DNA of 64,000 nucleotides from Octopus vulgaris (GCA_951406725.2 OX597827.1:49476001-49540000); one strand, 5' to 3'. Counted from the first letter of the stretch, positions 44,653-59,015 are shown. Notes: a model not told the origin generated them from the sequence alone. Numbers and translations: made by a program.

Positions 44653-45120
44653 AAAGTAAGATAGGGGTTATGGGTGTAACCCACTATGGGATATCATTTA
44701 TCCAATATACTGTTGGTAAAATCTGTATTTGTATTATTATCTTATCTATTGATTTATAAAATATTTTGTATGCTTTTGATGTTCTCATTTGTAAAATGAA
44801 TAATCTAACATTATAATATCCGTAAGTTGATGAACAAACTAAATTTGTTTTTCCATTTTCTTATTTGTGTATATATATATATATATATATATATACGACC
44901 GGAGCTTTGTGATTGAATTCGGTAGGTGGAAGTTAGTGCCGTGTGTGTATGTGTGCGTATAGCTGCTCAGTGCCTCTCCGAAAGAGAGAGAGGGATATAT
45001 ATATATATGTTGGTAAAAACAGTAAGATAACAAAAGAAAGAAAGAGACCTCAATATTATGTAAATAGAAGAAATTTATCTGTAAAATAATATGTGACAAT
45101 TATTCGGTAGCCGAGAGGCC

Positions 45121-45183
45121 AGATAACCGAAGAGATGATGTTGTGGATTTCCACCTCGGCATCTGAAACTCAGAGTTTTATCT
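45121..45183 (+). ncRNA. Degenerate type I hammerhead-like motif inside an inverted repeat
   Basis: Stem I AGAUAA/UUAUCU; core CCGAAGA (U4 replaced by C); stem II GAUG...CAUC; GAAA; stem III CUC-A-GAG; triplet GUU. Flanked by IR arms 45076-45116 and 45181-45221. Confidence 0.5.
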
Positions 45184-45475
45184 TGGCTACCAAATAATTG
45201 TCACATATTATTTTACAGATAGATACATATATATATATATATACATGTGTGTGTACGTGTGTCTGTATGTAACAGTGTATCCAAAAGGTCTTTTAACCTG
45301 ATATTTACACACTATTATTTATAGCTTTCTGCTTTGAGTTCAACCATTAAAAACAAATTATTTCACACTCTCTCAAGGTTTCTAAATTCTTATGGTGACA
45401 GCAACATACATACATACATAATATATATGTTATATATATATATATATATATATATAAATACACACACATGTATAG

Positions 45476-45506
<31 letters not shown>

Positions 45507-46017
45507 GACACACACATACATATTACACACATGCAGACATACATAAATACATATTAATATATGTACATGTACATATGTTCGTTATATTAATATCAACAAT
45601 ACAGCAAGCAGTTTAGTAGCTATACGAATATACAATAATAGACAAGAATGTGCTCTGTTATACAAACATGAAACAATACTACACATGTTTTACTAATTAT
45701 GTGTAAATACATATCTACATGCAAGAAAAGTATCATTGTTAACGGGTCTTTGGCTCATTATGATAGCTATGACATGAAGAGGTGTTTGATGTGGTATTAG
45801 TGTAATATTCGTTATCACACAATGCTTCTTTGTGGTTTAGCACTTGAATAGTCACGCAATCACTTAGATTCGTGCCCATTCAGGAAGGCACTAATTATCA
45901 GAATTCACACATCTATTGTGCAATATGGAAGATGTAATTATTCTCTGATCCTGTAATTTCAAATCTGGGTTTAACTAATTTTTTGTCAAGTGTATAGTTT
46001 TGAATATTACAAGTGAT

Positions 46018-46358
46018 TTTTATCTCTGCCTTAGCAAAGACGGAGGTATAGCTTCCAGTCACGTTTGTTTGTTTGTCTGTGGACAAAATATCTCAAGAAC
46101 CGCTGGATGGATTCAGATAAGACTTTCAGGGATGTTTACTCTCATGACTGGCATGAACTGATTAGATTTTGCGATTGATCAGGTACCGGATAAGGATTCT
46201 GGATTATTTTTCCAGTTTTTTTTACTTAGTATTCTTGTTTGTGAGAGCAGTCGAGTTTATTTCAGATATTCTCATTTTAAAAATCATCTCTGGTTAATTG
46301 TTGAGAGAACGTTGGTGCCACCTTGCCAAAGCTTTAAGCTCTCTGAGTGCTCTTGTTT
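46018..46358 (+). mobile_element. HINE/Helentron-associated (DINE-1-like) non-autonomous element
   Basis: 5' hairpin ctctgccttagcaaagacggag, (GTTT)n/GTCT microsatellite, core atatctcaagaaccgctggatggatt, 3' hairpin gctctctgagtgc followed by tcttgtt. Confidence 0.6.
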
Positions 46359-46580
46359 GTAACTGTAATCAGAAGGATAAAACAGAGGTATTTGAAGGAG
46401 TGTACTTCAGACTCTTCAATGAGAATGATTAGTCAATAAGAAGGAGCATTGAGGTAATGAGAAAATAGTCTGATTTACCAATACAGTTACAACAGACCCT
46501 ATCTACTTCTAATATACTGAGAACTTGGCATTTTTGATCAGAAACAAAAACAAATGATAGATAGACAGACAGACAGATAA

Positions 46581-46615
<35 letters not shown>

Positions 46616-49300
46616 AGATATATTTATTGTCTGTTTTAACAGAACTACCTGATCCTTCTGAGGATAGCTTCCTTCCTTCCATCCAGTAATCTCAAGGGCC
46701 TGAAGGGCCTGAAAAGGGTTGTTGGTAGTACTTTTTCTCCTTTAACTAAGTCCACAAAGAAAACCTAAATAGTAAACAAAATCCCAAATATCTAGATGTG
46801 ATAATCTACACACTGACAAGGTGAATCAAGGCAATGTGTGTAATTCAGCCCAGAGCATAATGATACACTTACAATAAACTGGAATTCGGTACCACCTTTG
46901 AGCAAGTCATTCAACAGCCCTAAATGATCAGTCATGTTGCTTCCACAACATAAAGGACATATTATAGCAACTCACAAAGATATCATGGAATTAGTTGTCT
47001 GTGGACAAAATATCTCAAGAACCGCTGGATGGATTCAGATAAGACAGTTCACGTGCACATTGTTTACTCTCATGACTGGCATGAACTGATTAGATTTTGC
47101 GATTGATCAGGTACATAAGGATTCTGGATTATTTTTCAGTTTTTTTTACTTAGTACCTGCTCTTGTTTGTCAGTAGTTTATTTCATTCTCTGTGATACAT
47201 GGCAATCTGATCATCTGGTTAATTGTTGAGAGAACGTTGGTGCCACCTTGCCAAAGCTTTAAGCTCTCCACTCAGTTGCAAGCATTCGGACTAGGCTTCC
47301 AGTTGAAGATTACTCCACATTTTGATGTACTGCTTCCTACTGCATCTTCTTCAATGAGAATGATTAGTCAATAAGAAGGAGCATTGAGGTAATGAGAAAA
47401 TAGTCTGATTTACCAACACAGTTACAACAGACCCTATCTACTTCTAATATACTGAGAACTTGCTGTGTTTTCAGCCACTGGTTTCCAACTAGACATACAG
47501 TGATCAAAGAAGTGACTTGAGCAAATTGTGGTTTCTTTTTTCGTTTTCCATACTAGATTTAGAGGTCCAGCAAAGGTTATCAGAAACAATCTTGCTCCTC
47601 CCTTGACTAATTATTTGGTGATTAAATAAAATTCTTCAAATTGTCCACCAAAGAAACAATCATAATAATAATGTTCACAAAAGAAAAGCAAAATGACATA
47701 AAAAGAAATTTCTGTCCTTATAAGTCAAACAAAATGTAAAATATTTTTTTCAATAGAATAATTTAACATTAAGATGGTAAGATGGCAGAATCATTAGCAT
47801 GTCAAGCAAAATGCTTAGCAGCATTTGGCCTGCCTTCATGCACCGCTGAGATTGATTTAGCTTTTCATCCTTTTGGAGTGAATAAAGTAAATATCAGTTG
47901 GGTACTAGAGTCAATGTAATTGACTTAACCACCCCACCCCACAAACTTGCTGGCCTTGCACCAAAATCTGAAACCAATATCATGGTTTAATATTAAGGCA
48001 GCAAGCTGATAGAGTTGTTGGCAATGCTGAAGAAAATGCTTAGCAATATTCCATCCATTTGTATGTCAAGTCAAGTTCAAATTCCGCCATGGTCGATTTT
48101 GCCTTTCATCCTTTCGGGGTCAATAAAGTAAGTACCAGTCAAGCACTAGGGTTGATGTAATAAACTTACCCCTTTCCTCAAAATTTCAGGCCTTGTGCTT
48201 ACTGAAGAAAGGAATATTATGGTTCAACATTTATACTCTTTTCATAAGTATATACTTTTCTCCTTTTCTTCAGTTTCATTGTGACACCCTGTAAATACCA
48301 CCCCCACCTACAAATATTCAAGTTCACAAGTCTCAAACATCTGGCCTATAATGGTCAGTGCTAATGCCCCACTCCCTCAACCATTAAATAAAAGAACTAA
48401 AAAAATCCATCTCACTGACTGAAGCAAATATTAATCATACCTATTCATAACAACCTGTATAAACACATCCATATAATGTAATACTACAATTCATGATCAG
48501 TGAGAACAAAGACGACAATTAATTTAATCCTCATAAGCTTCAATAACAGATCAAATCTAGTATATTTTCACTTGTTTATGTGTGTATGCTCATACATACA
48601 TTGTATATATATATATATCATCATCATCATCATCATCGTTTAGCGTCCGCTTTCCATGCTAGCATGGGTTGGACAGTTCAACTGGGGTCTGGGAAGCCAG
48701 AAGGCAGCACCAGGCCCAGTCTGATCTGGCAATGTTTCTACAGCTGGATGCCCTTCCTAACGCCAACCACTCCATGAGTGTAGTGGGTGCTTTTTACGTG
48801 CCACGAGGCTGGCAAACAGCCACAATCGGATGGTGCTTTTTACATGCCACCGGCACGGAGGCCAGGCGAGGCTGGCAATGACCATGAATGGATGGTGCTT
48901 TTTACGTGCCACCGATATATATATAGGAGTATGTATGTATAAATATATATATACACCCTGTATAATACCGTTAAACCCCCACCTACAAATATTCAAGTTC
49001 ACAAGTTTCAAACATCTGGCCTGTAATGGTTGAGATGTATTGAGAGATAAGGAAATAATTTTTTCTCAAACACAGGATGATGCTAACATAGCATGAACAG
49101 GATAAACAATCTTTATTTTGCCAACAGATTTTTCTGCAAAATATGCATAATATATCCTGTTCATGCTATCTTATATGCACATCCAGGATATATGCATAAT
49201 ATAATGTATAAACACATCCAGGATATATATATAATATATCCTGTTCATGCTATCTTATAAGCATTATCCTGCATTTGAGAATATAATTATTTCCTTATCC

Positions 49301-49347
<47 letters not shown>

Positions 49348-49590
49348 CATATATACACACATGTACGTATATGTGTGTGTAACGTATTCCTTTCTGTTGA
49401 AGAGTGTAGGCTCAAAATGTAAAAGACTTTCTCACTTTCATGAGCAGTAAACTAATACACCTGCTTGTTTATACACCTGTCTTCGTCTTTTGTTTTTCTG
49501 TAAATTTCAACTATATATATATATACTAATACAATTGTTTGTTTATATTCCACCTGCCTTCGTCTTTTGTTTATTTTCATAAAAGTTCCC

Positions 49591-49635
<45 letters not shown>

Positions 49636-50242
49636 TATATACATGCGTATACACACACATTCATGCACACATCAACCACTCTAAGTAACATATATATATA
49701 TATATATATATAAAGCATTGTTTTATTCTTTTCTTGAATCTAATATTGAGTAGCATATGCATACGTATCTAACTATATGTGTGTGTGTATACATTTCCAT
49801 GTAGACACTCACACATATACACATGCACCAACACCCATATCTTAACTTGCATCAACGACTGAAGCTAATAAAGATTAACTGAATGGTCCATGAACTGTCT
49901 TTGTTCACTGACAGTATTGAGGTGTTTATTAAAAAGAAAAGCAAAGACGAGATAACAGAATAATATATCTTTTAACTATTCAAGCAATGAATAAAGTATA
50001 TTTTTGATATTTTTGCTTTTCAGCATTTCTTTTTTGCTTAGAGATGTTGTTTATAAGTGCTATAATCTTTCTTCTGATTTTGTTTTAACATGGAGTTCTT
50101 GTTAGACCAATATATATATATATGTATATATGCATGTATATATGACGGGAAGCTTTATGGAAATAGACAAAAGACGAAGGCAGGTGGAAAACAAACGAAC
50201 AATTGTATTAGTATGGCACTCAGGAAATATAAATAAAACAAG

Positions 50243-50280
50243 TCTTTAACGTTTCGAGCCTACGCTCTTCAACAGAAAGA
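50243..50280 (-). ncRNA. Atypical hammerhead-like motif
   Basis: UCUUU-CUGUUGA-A-GAGC-GUAG-GCUC-GAAA-CG-UU-AAAGA, with a palindromic AACGUU stem III. A decayed relative lies at 49389-49427 (+). Confidence 0.45.
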
Positions 50281-50629
50281 TACACAGAGAGAAAAAAAAC
50301 ACAGAAAGAAGGAGAGAAAAAAAATGCGTGCAGTAGCTAACGAATCAACATGGCGATCCATGTGTATAAGCCCGTCGTATACATGTATCTATATATGTGT
50401 GCGTGTATGTTTGTGTGTGTGTGTGTATGTCCCCCTAGTATTGCTTGACAACCAATGCTGGTGTGTTTATGTCCCCGTCACTTAGCGGTTCAGCAAAAGA
50501 GACCGATAGAATAAGTACTGGGCTTACAAAGTATAAGTCCCAGGGTCGAGTTGCTCGATTAAAGGCGGTGCTCCAGCATGGCCGCAGTCAAATGACTGAA
50601 ACAAGTAAAAGAGTATACATACATATGTA

Positions 50630-51530
50630 TATATGAGACTAGTTATGATTAATAAAAAAAATAACTTATTTACCTAAGTTTTAACATCATCTCCTTTGAA
50701 ATAGTCACTTTGCACAGCACTACACTGACCCCAGTGTTCCTGCCACTTTTGGAATCCGGCCTAGAATTTGCTTTCCATAAGCAAGTCAAGGACCTTCTGC
50801 AATTCACTCTAGATCTCGACAGCAATGTTAAAACGGTGATGTTTGGGCTGTATTTTCATCTTGGGGAAGAGACGGAAGTGCACAGATACTAAATCTGGCA
50901 AACAGGGCTGGTGTAGAAGCGATACCATGATGTTTTTAGCAAGAAACTCACAAGTAAGGAGAGCTTGGTGACAGGGTGCATTGTTGTCATGAAGAATCCA
51001 ATTTTTCATGCTCCACAGATCCAGTTGCTTTCACCAAATGTCCTCCCTTAAACACCTCCAAAACGTTGCAGTAGAACACCCGACTGATTGTCTGGTCCTG
51101 GGGGATAAATTCTTGATGCACGATAACACATTTCTAGGAGTGATGGTCATGCCAGGTCTTCCAGATTGCTAATCATCTTCCAGAGACGTTCTTCCATTAT
51201 TGAAGCACCTGTGCCACCTGAAACATTGCGTACAACCCATTGCCTTGTTGCCATAAGCTTGCTGAAGCATGATCAATGTCTCTGTAGCAGACTTCCCAAG
51301 TTTAAACACAAAATTTCATATTGGCTCTTTCTTCCTGTCCATGACAAAAATTGCAAACTACAGCATATATGTGATTACAGCAGTGTGCTGACATCGTTGT
51401 GTGTAAAGACAACAATGTCAGTACCCTGCTTCATGAAGGTCAATGTTGGCTTTCTCTGAGCACACAACTGTGTGCTGCTGTCTGTTGGTGCATTAAAAAA
51501 CTAGTCCAGGAACTTTTGATATGCATGTAT
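50630..51530 (-). mobile_element. Decayed mariner-like fragment
   Basis: WILHDNNAPCH and HQPCLPDLVSVHFRLFPKMK resemble mariner HHDNAPAH and HPPYSPDLAPxDFxLFPK. Confidence 0.7.
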
Positions 51531-54419
51531 TTTTGTAAGTATGCATGCATGTATGTAGAAAATGATTTGTATAGCGCAAAAGTAAAATGGTTTCAGCTGT
51601 AATATTTTGTATCAGGGATACTTCTCTTAAGAGACATGTGTGTGTATGTATCATCATTAATGTTTAATGTCCATTTTCCAAGCTGGCATGGGTTGGCTGT
51701 CTTGACAGGAACTGGCAAGGCGAGGAACTGCACCAAGTTACACAGTCTGTTTTGGCTTGCTTTCTATGGTTGGATGCCCTTCCTAATAGCAACCACTCTA
51801 CAGAGTGTAGTGGATGCTTTTTATGCAGTGCCAGCATGCTCACCAATGCTTTTTACATGGTTTCTTGGTTTTAGGATCTCAATTTTGTTGTGGTGGGCAG
51901 CTCTTCTCAAGTATGGCAATGTGCCACATATCACAGTCCTCTGTTACATACTTTGTAAGGCTCAGCATTTTGAGATTGGCCTTCAATGCTTCATTCCATG
52001 TCTTCCTAGGTTTCCCTTTTCCACAACTCCCTATGCAACTGTCTACATATGTATATACTTATTATATTATGCATATGTATATCCCTTGTTAGCAGCACCC
52101 AATATTGAATCCTTTGAGTGCATGCTAGATAACACCTTCTCATGAGCCAAGTAGCATCAGCTGACAGATGCTATATTCACAAGTTGTGATACCACTTCCA
52201 CAACAGCAGCACATGGCAATCCTGTTCATAAAAAATGATGAAAAGGAGAGGTGACAATACACATCCCAGCTGAAGTCCAACATCCACATTGAAAGTTGAA
52301 AGGTTGTGACTCAGTACCACTTACTCAGACACAAACATGTGGGCATGAATTAGTCAGAAGCAACATAATGAGACACTTAATGTTTCTTTACATCATCAAG
52401 GATCTAGCTGCCTACGGACAGGTGATACAGCACTTCTACAGCAAACAGTAACAGTGCTGTAAACTGGAGAACTGTTTCAACGATGTCCTATATGGAGTTC
52501 AATTTCTCAAGTTGGTGTGGCCAGAGGAGCTGTTAATTCTTACTGGTTACTTTTATATGCTCAAATATATTATGACAATATTCATGATCTTAGGGAGGTG
52601 AATCAGCAGTCATTAGAGCAACATTTCCCAAAATCAGCTCCAAAGAATATCAGAGTTCCAAGAAACATTTCTAGGACTCCATGATTCTTTTGATATAATT
52701 TGATAAGAATTTATTTTATAAAAAATATAGTATTCACCATTCTTAAAATTATATGTGGGAAGAAGGTTGTGAATGAATTCTTACTCTTTTGTTTCATTTA
52801 ATATTTAATTAAAATGAATATGGTGGGGTTTGTCTATAGAATATAGGAATGAGTTCTATTGGTTTGGGAGAATTTATGTGGAACGCACAGCAGTAGAATG
52901 CCTTGTGGTATTCATTTTGGTTTCCTAAACTTCAAGTTTAAAGTCCACCAAGTTCAACTTCTGCTTTCATCCTTTCAGGGTCAATAAAGTGCCAGTCCTG
53001 TAACATTATTGCTCCAACTTCTCTTTCTCTCTCTCCCTCCCATCCACCTCTCTCCCTCTCTCTCTCTTCCTCTGGAAAAAGTCAGTTGTGGCCAGATCTG
53101 GAGGGATGATGGACTCTATCAGGTTTTTATATCCTAATACACACTGTATGTCACAGCAGCACCTCTGTGGCCCTATAAGGAATGAAGCCTCAGGAAAGAA
53201 ACAAAGATTTGTTTCATAATTTCCATTTCAAGGGTACCAAAGTGAAGTCACAGTCATACTAAGGACAATACTTTTATGCTCATAGCTCCAAACCCAAGTC
53301 TACCATGACAATACTATCTTCAGTGCAAGAGAACCAAGGTTGTTCATATTCAATGTCTCCAACATAAGTGTACAATGGTTGTACTCAGGCTTCAACCCAG
53401 AAGTACCCTGGTTCTACTTGTGGTCTTCCACCCACAGATATAACAATGAAAGAAGCATAATTCTTTGAGGATGGTGTTGATTAATTTTCCAATTAAAAGA
53501 GAATCAATAATTATCATTAAATATATATTTTATTTTCAACTTCTTGAAACATGTTTACAAATTCACACACACACACACACACACAAAATACAAAGAGAAA
53601 TATATGTATGTGCACATATACAGATGCATACTTACACACTCGATAACTGTTTTATATATTTTCCGTCATCCCATCAAAGAGTATATGAACTGAATTAGCT
53701 CATCAAGATTACTGACACCTCTCTTCTTAAATGTAACTAATAGTAATAGTTGTAGAGGAACTACAATAAATTGCAACCAACAATATGGCTAAACAATCCC
53801 AAGGATAAAACAGGGCTATCTATAAAAAAAAAATATTCTTCTCAGTAAGAAAAATGAAGTAAAAAATAATGGATCCGAATAACCAAGAAAATGAATGGAA
53901 GCACTAGAAAAATGTTCAAGTGGAAAGAAAAAAGATGAATAAATAATGGCAAGATTCAGTAAGAGATTTTTCAATCAATTTCAGATGCAATATGGTTATA
54001 TGCTGAGTTCAGTTTACATCTTCAAATGTAATTATTGTTGTTAATATTGTGTGGCGGCCCAGGTCAATCCTAATTTGACCAACCTATGTATGACTCATAC
54101 ATAGTTGGTTAAATGATTTGGACCAATCCACAGATTCATAGCTTCAGAAAGACTATATCATCTTCCTACTGAGAACCATACCCTGCTTTACTTCACGGTC
54201 TAACATGCAATGGTTAATTGTCTGTAGGGCAAAGTTGCTGTCTGTACACGTTGTACTCCGGTTATTGTTGTTGTTATATACCACCAGGTTAGCCCTCATC
54301 AAGCAAACACATGGCACAGAGACAGTGAACTAAATGACTATGTATGATGCAAAGATCGTGGCTGCAGATATTACTATGTCTCTGACTGGTTGAAGATCCC
54401 ACTACTCTGTAGATTCAAA

Positions 54420-55550
54420 CATACAGTGGTTAAACATATCAAGATCTATGCAAAAAGAAACCAAACTTTAAAACAATGCGCCAACCAACCAGCACAGCAT
54501 GCTTGTGTCTGCAGTACCATGTATGGATGGCTTAGATATTCAGTTGAATAACGGTTACAGCAGTTAGTTGTTGATCTATACATATTAGAATCAATTCATG
54601 TTTAGCGCACTTGGCAATATGTTGCAAGTTGAACAATAAAGGATTTTAGAAATTTTGATATTAAGCTTGGCCTGATAGGCCGAAAGGATTTTGAAAGAAC
54701 AACACATTAGTGTGAAATTGCGAAAAACATTTTCTAATGTTACAATGGGCCTCTGAAGAAATTTGTTTCAGCTCTGTATAATATCAGGAGTAGCACCAAT
54801 ATATCAAATTGAGAACATCCACCAAATCCAATCCCAAATCTAGACAACTGCCTGCAACAACAGACAAAGATCATTATGCCAAAGGACATGCAGTGATCTG
54901 TGAATATCATTGCTTGGTTGTTTGTGAAATTTCCAAACAAATAGGCATCTGTTGATGCCAAATTGTTTTAAAAGAAGACAAACCAGATCACAATCAGCCA
55001 GGAGCTGTATGATCATCCAAATGTCAAAATATAGGTGTATGGCTGTGATATCGAAACAAAAAGGCAGATGTTGCAATGGGTTGGATCATGGCCACGACCA
55101 CAAAAAAATGCACAAATGTGAAAGTGGAGTCATTTTTCTATTGAAAAGATGTTGTTCATTGTGAATTATGTATATTCATGGACATAGAAAATTTGGGTGC
55201 TGCATGATTTTGCATTTGCTTATGCATCACTCCATATCTGTAACTTCTGTCAAAGCAAGAGATGGCTCTCATGATTTAGTATCTGTGGACTTTTTCCTGT
55301 TTCCAAAGTCGAAATCCACTGAAAGGACCCAATTTCAGGCAACAGAATAGATGGGATCAAATAAAATCACTATGACAACAGCACACTAACTTTGAAATAT
55401 ATTCCAGGAGTTTTAAAACAGGAAACAACATTAGAAGAAGTGTAACAACAATAAGGGAAATTATTTTGACAGAAACAAATTTGATTGAATTCTACGTAAA
55501 TCAGTAACTGTGTATTTTCAAGAAGTCCAATTTTCTTTTTAGATAGACAA
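54420..55550 (+). mobile_element. Heavily decayed mariner-like element
   Basis: DLVSVDFFLFPK near 55270 plus degenerate upstream transposase-like sequence; boundaries approximate. Confidence 0.5.
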
Positions 55551-56895
55551 TTAATGGTGCAGCATTGCAGTCTGTTTGTCTACATCTATAAAATATGGGG
55601 GTGAGCTGAGTCAAGTATCATTATCAACATCATCAACTTTGAATCCAGTATTCCACAGTAGTACCATTTGGAGACATCTAGGAGACTGTTTTCTCTCACA
55701 TAACGTAAGGTTATATTTTTTTTTTTAATCTTATTTCACAGTTGTCTAACTTTTCATTTTATAGTCAACCAGGATTTATAATCTAAATCAGTGACATCTA
55801 ACAAGAAATCATATAGAGCCAAGGGTGCTCTGCCACATTTTTAGGGTCAAAAGTAAAAAGGGAACAGTTGTAAACCTCAGAGGCTTTTGAGATGTTCACA
55901 TACAAATTTAATTGCTTGACATACAATCAACTTATCATAGTTCACCTCATGTATTTTTCTTTTGTACCAGTTTTAATTAGAGAAGTATTATAAATTACTG
56001 ATTACTATCTAGTTGGTATAACTGAAATACAAAACACTGCAAAGAAACAATAGTATCTGATCACTTTTATGAAGATGTTTAGCAACACTAGACATTATTG
56101 GCTACCTTGTGGTCATCTCAATACACTTTCTATTTTAAGGTATGGTTTTAAAGCTAAATTTTCATTTCACCAATCACAAAGGTGTTAACAATTGTCGTGT
56201 TTATGGAAGACTTTATTGCAGAATCTAGAAAATAGATACATATGTGTCTTGCAGAAATTCTTTCCAGATGAAATCCAGAGATTCTCCGTATAGAAGACAC
56301 TGGTGCTCAAAAGATTCAAACTTAGACTCCAATGTCTTTCCAGGGGATCATCCACAAGGTAAAGAAAGGCTATAAGAGGGATCAAGTTGAGTGGGTATAG
56401 AGGCAATTATGCAGATTAACAAATTAGATATCTAATTTGTAAGGCTCCAGTTTAGGAGTTCTGGAGTTATGGGAAGCATGAAATCACCCCTTAATTACCG
56501 TTACCCCCAGGTCCATTCTGACTGGGGGCAGTAGTATCTGTCAGGGTCCCCTCTATGGGTTAAATAGATTTTTGCCCAAGAGTAGAAGAGGCTCCTGGTG
56601 TTTTTGAAAATGCTGTGGGGAAGTCTTGTCACCGGAACCTACTACTATGGTGACTGAGAGAATGGCAAAAGTGTTGTACAAACTGTCATCACTAATATCA
56701 ATGACATACAGGTGTGCCACAATCATTCCATTGTTTTATCCATTTTGTACTTGATAAAGTCCTTTGATGATGGATGCGTGGCAGGAAAATTCATATCCTT
56801 GCACATGTAAGGATGAAAATAAATTTTTAAAATCAGGCTGAATATGAGGCAGCTATCATCTGACAAGATGAGGTAATCATCATCATCATCATCAC

Positions 56896-56927
<32 letters not shown>

Positions 56928-58399
56928 GTATATATATGTATATATATGTATATATATTATCAGTCACACATTCATAGTATATGTGTTTTAGAGCAAATAT
57001 GCATATCAGAAATGGGAATTGCAAATTTAGCTGATACAGATGAAAGCAAGACATGTAAGATAGAGAAACATGTACAATTCAGCAATTTGTTTTAAATGGT
57101 GTGTGTGAGACTATGAAATAAATTCATTTCCTTTGTTATCTCATTTGATAGCTTCTAGTCGGTTTAAATGTTAGAGGCTGATAAGAATATAAAAAGCTAT
57201 AACCAAGTAGTAGTCTTCAAAGGCAGAGCAGAAACTCTCTTGGGTAAATTAAAAGAAATTAAAGCTGATGTTAAGGAAATAACATAGTTATTTCTTTTAG
57301 GAGGCAAAATATGAGAATGCTCAGCCTTTATTGAATATTTGTTTTGATATAAATGCTCATTGTTTAATGCAAATGAAGCTGATGGTGATATTATATTAAG
57401 AGAAAGTCTTAAATTTCAGTGTGATCAAAAAGTTTCTATGACATTTGAAAATGGACAAAATTTACACAAAAGCAGTGAAATTGTTAAGAATTATCACTCT
57501 TCTTGGTAATTCTTAGTAATTTCACTGCTTGTTAAAAGTTGTATACTATCATTTTACTAAATCTTTAGCTGGGTTACTCAAAACTAACAAACATTTCACA
57601 ACTGCCTTAATATTACAGAGAAGTGACCTTCATTTACCACCAACTATTCTGCAGCAACAAATTGAAAGACTTGTGCATTTGTTTCAGCTATAAGGTCCAC
57701 AATGAATATAGAGCTGATCATAAGAATATTTTTTGATTACTTGATATTTTATATAAGTTTTGTTGTTTGTTTTTTTTTCAAAAAAATTACACATTTTTGG
57801 AGTTAATGTTTGGCAGCCCTTGTAGCTTCTACTCCTGGGTTGCATTTATGACTTTACAGGATTTTGTTTGCTGATATAGTTTTATTGGTATAGAAATGGT
57901 TGTTTTTGTAAGCTATTACAAATACTTTGTTTTTACATGATACAGCTGCAACTGATAAATATAGCAATTGATAAGATACTACTCTTTTTCTTTTTTCAAC
58001 TAACTGCCTGTATGAGACGCTACAGAGATAAGTTAAATTTAGAAGAGAGTCATGAGTAAAAAAAATGAAGAACCACTGATTCAGATAACCTAAACTCATC
58101 GCAGATTTAAAGTTTAAATATAACATATCACTCTGTTTTCATTTTTCTCTGTCCCTCCACATACACATACACTCAAACACACTCTCACTCATACTAAGTC
58201 ACCCACTCAAGTACACATTCTCTCGATTTTTCTTTTTACAATCCAAAATGACAGTCATTGTTAAAAATCAAGTCATCTTAAAAAAAAAGAAATGTTAATA
58301 AATCTTTTTTTTTTTTTTAACAGAACTGATGCCAAGTAGAAATTTCCAAGACATCCATTAGCAACAGGTCATGGAACATCATCAGCAAATCTTACAGAC

Positions 58400-58521
58400 C
58401 TTAAAGATTCTTTTGATTTCGCTTCAAGTCCATCACAAACTGTCTTTAAATGTTTCTGATGAGCAGCCTCACATTTCAATAGTTCATTCTTGTGGTTCGC
58501 TTGTTGTTTGGCCAGTTCATT
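58400..58521 (-). CDS. FAM184A: FAM184A-like coiled-coil protein, internal exon (most 5' exon seen)
   Basis: Acceptor tttcag, 122 bp, phase 0 to 2, encodes NELAKQQANHKNELLKCEAAHQKHLKTVCDGLEAKSKESL(R). Donor gtctgt; AG plus the A of the next exon gives AGA. The joined peptide ...LEAKSKESLRLECNRVRE... resembles FAM184A LEIKWTENLRQECSKLRE as recalled (not searched). Confidence 0.75.
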
Positions 58522-59015
58522 CTGAAATACAAAAATGTCAAACTTAGGGCAATTAAGAGGTAATTCTTTTATTCTCTTTTATTCTCTTACAAGTTGCTTA
58601 GTGACCTCACCAGTGCTCAAGTCATGAAAGAAGCACCCAGTACACTCTGTAGAGTGATTGATGTTAGGAATAGCAAGCACCAGGCTGTAGAAATCATGCC
58701 AAAGGCTGACATCTTAGCTTGGCACAGTCCTCTGGTTTACCAAACCCTGTCTAACTGTCTGACCCATACCAGCATGGAGAACGGAGTTTTAATGATGACA
58801 ATTATGATGATGATGATGATGATGACAGAGGGTGACCATAAAGTCTGGATACATAGGCAAAAATGACAATGTTTGGTTAATCTTAAACTTTTTTGCTATA
58901 GCTGTTTTGCTTTTGCCTCCTTTGTTGAGGGTTATGATTGTATTTTGGTCTATAGCTCATATCTGATTTATAAATCTGAATTTATTTAGTTTGAAACAAA
59001 AAGAAGATACATGTT

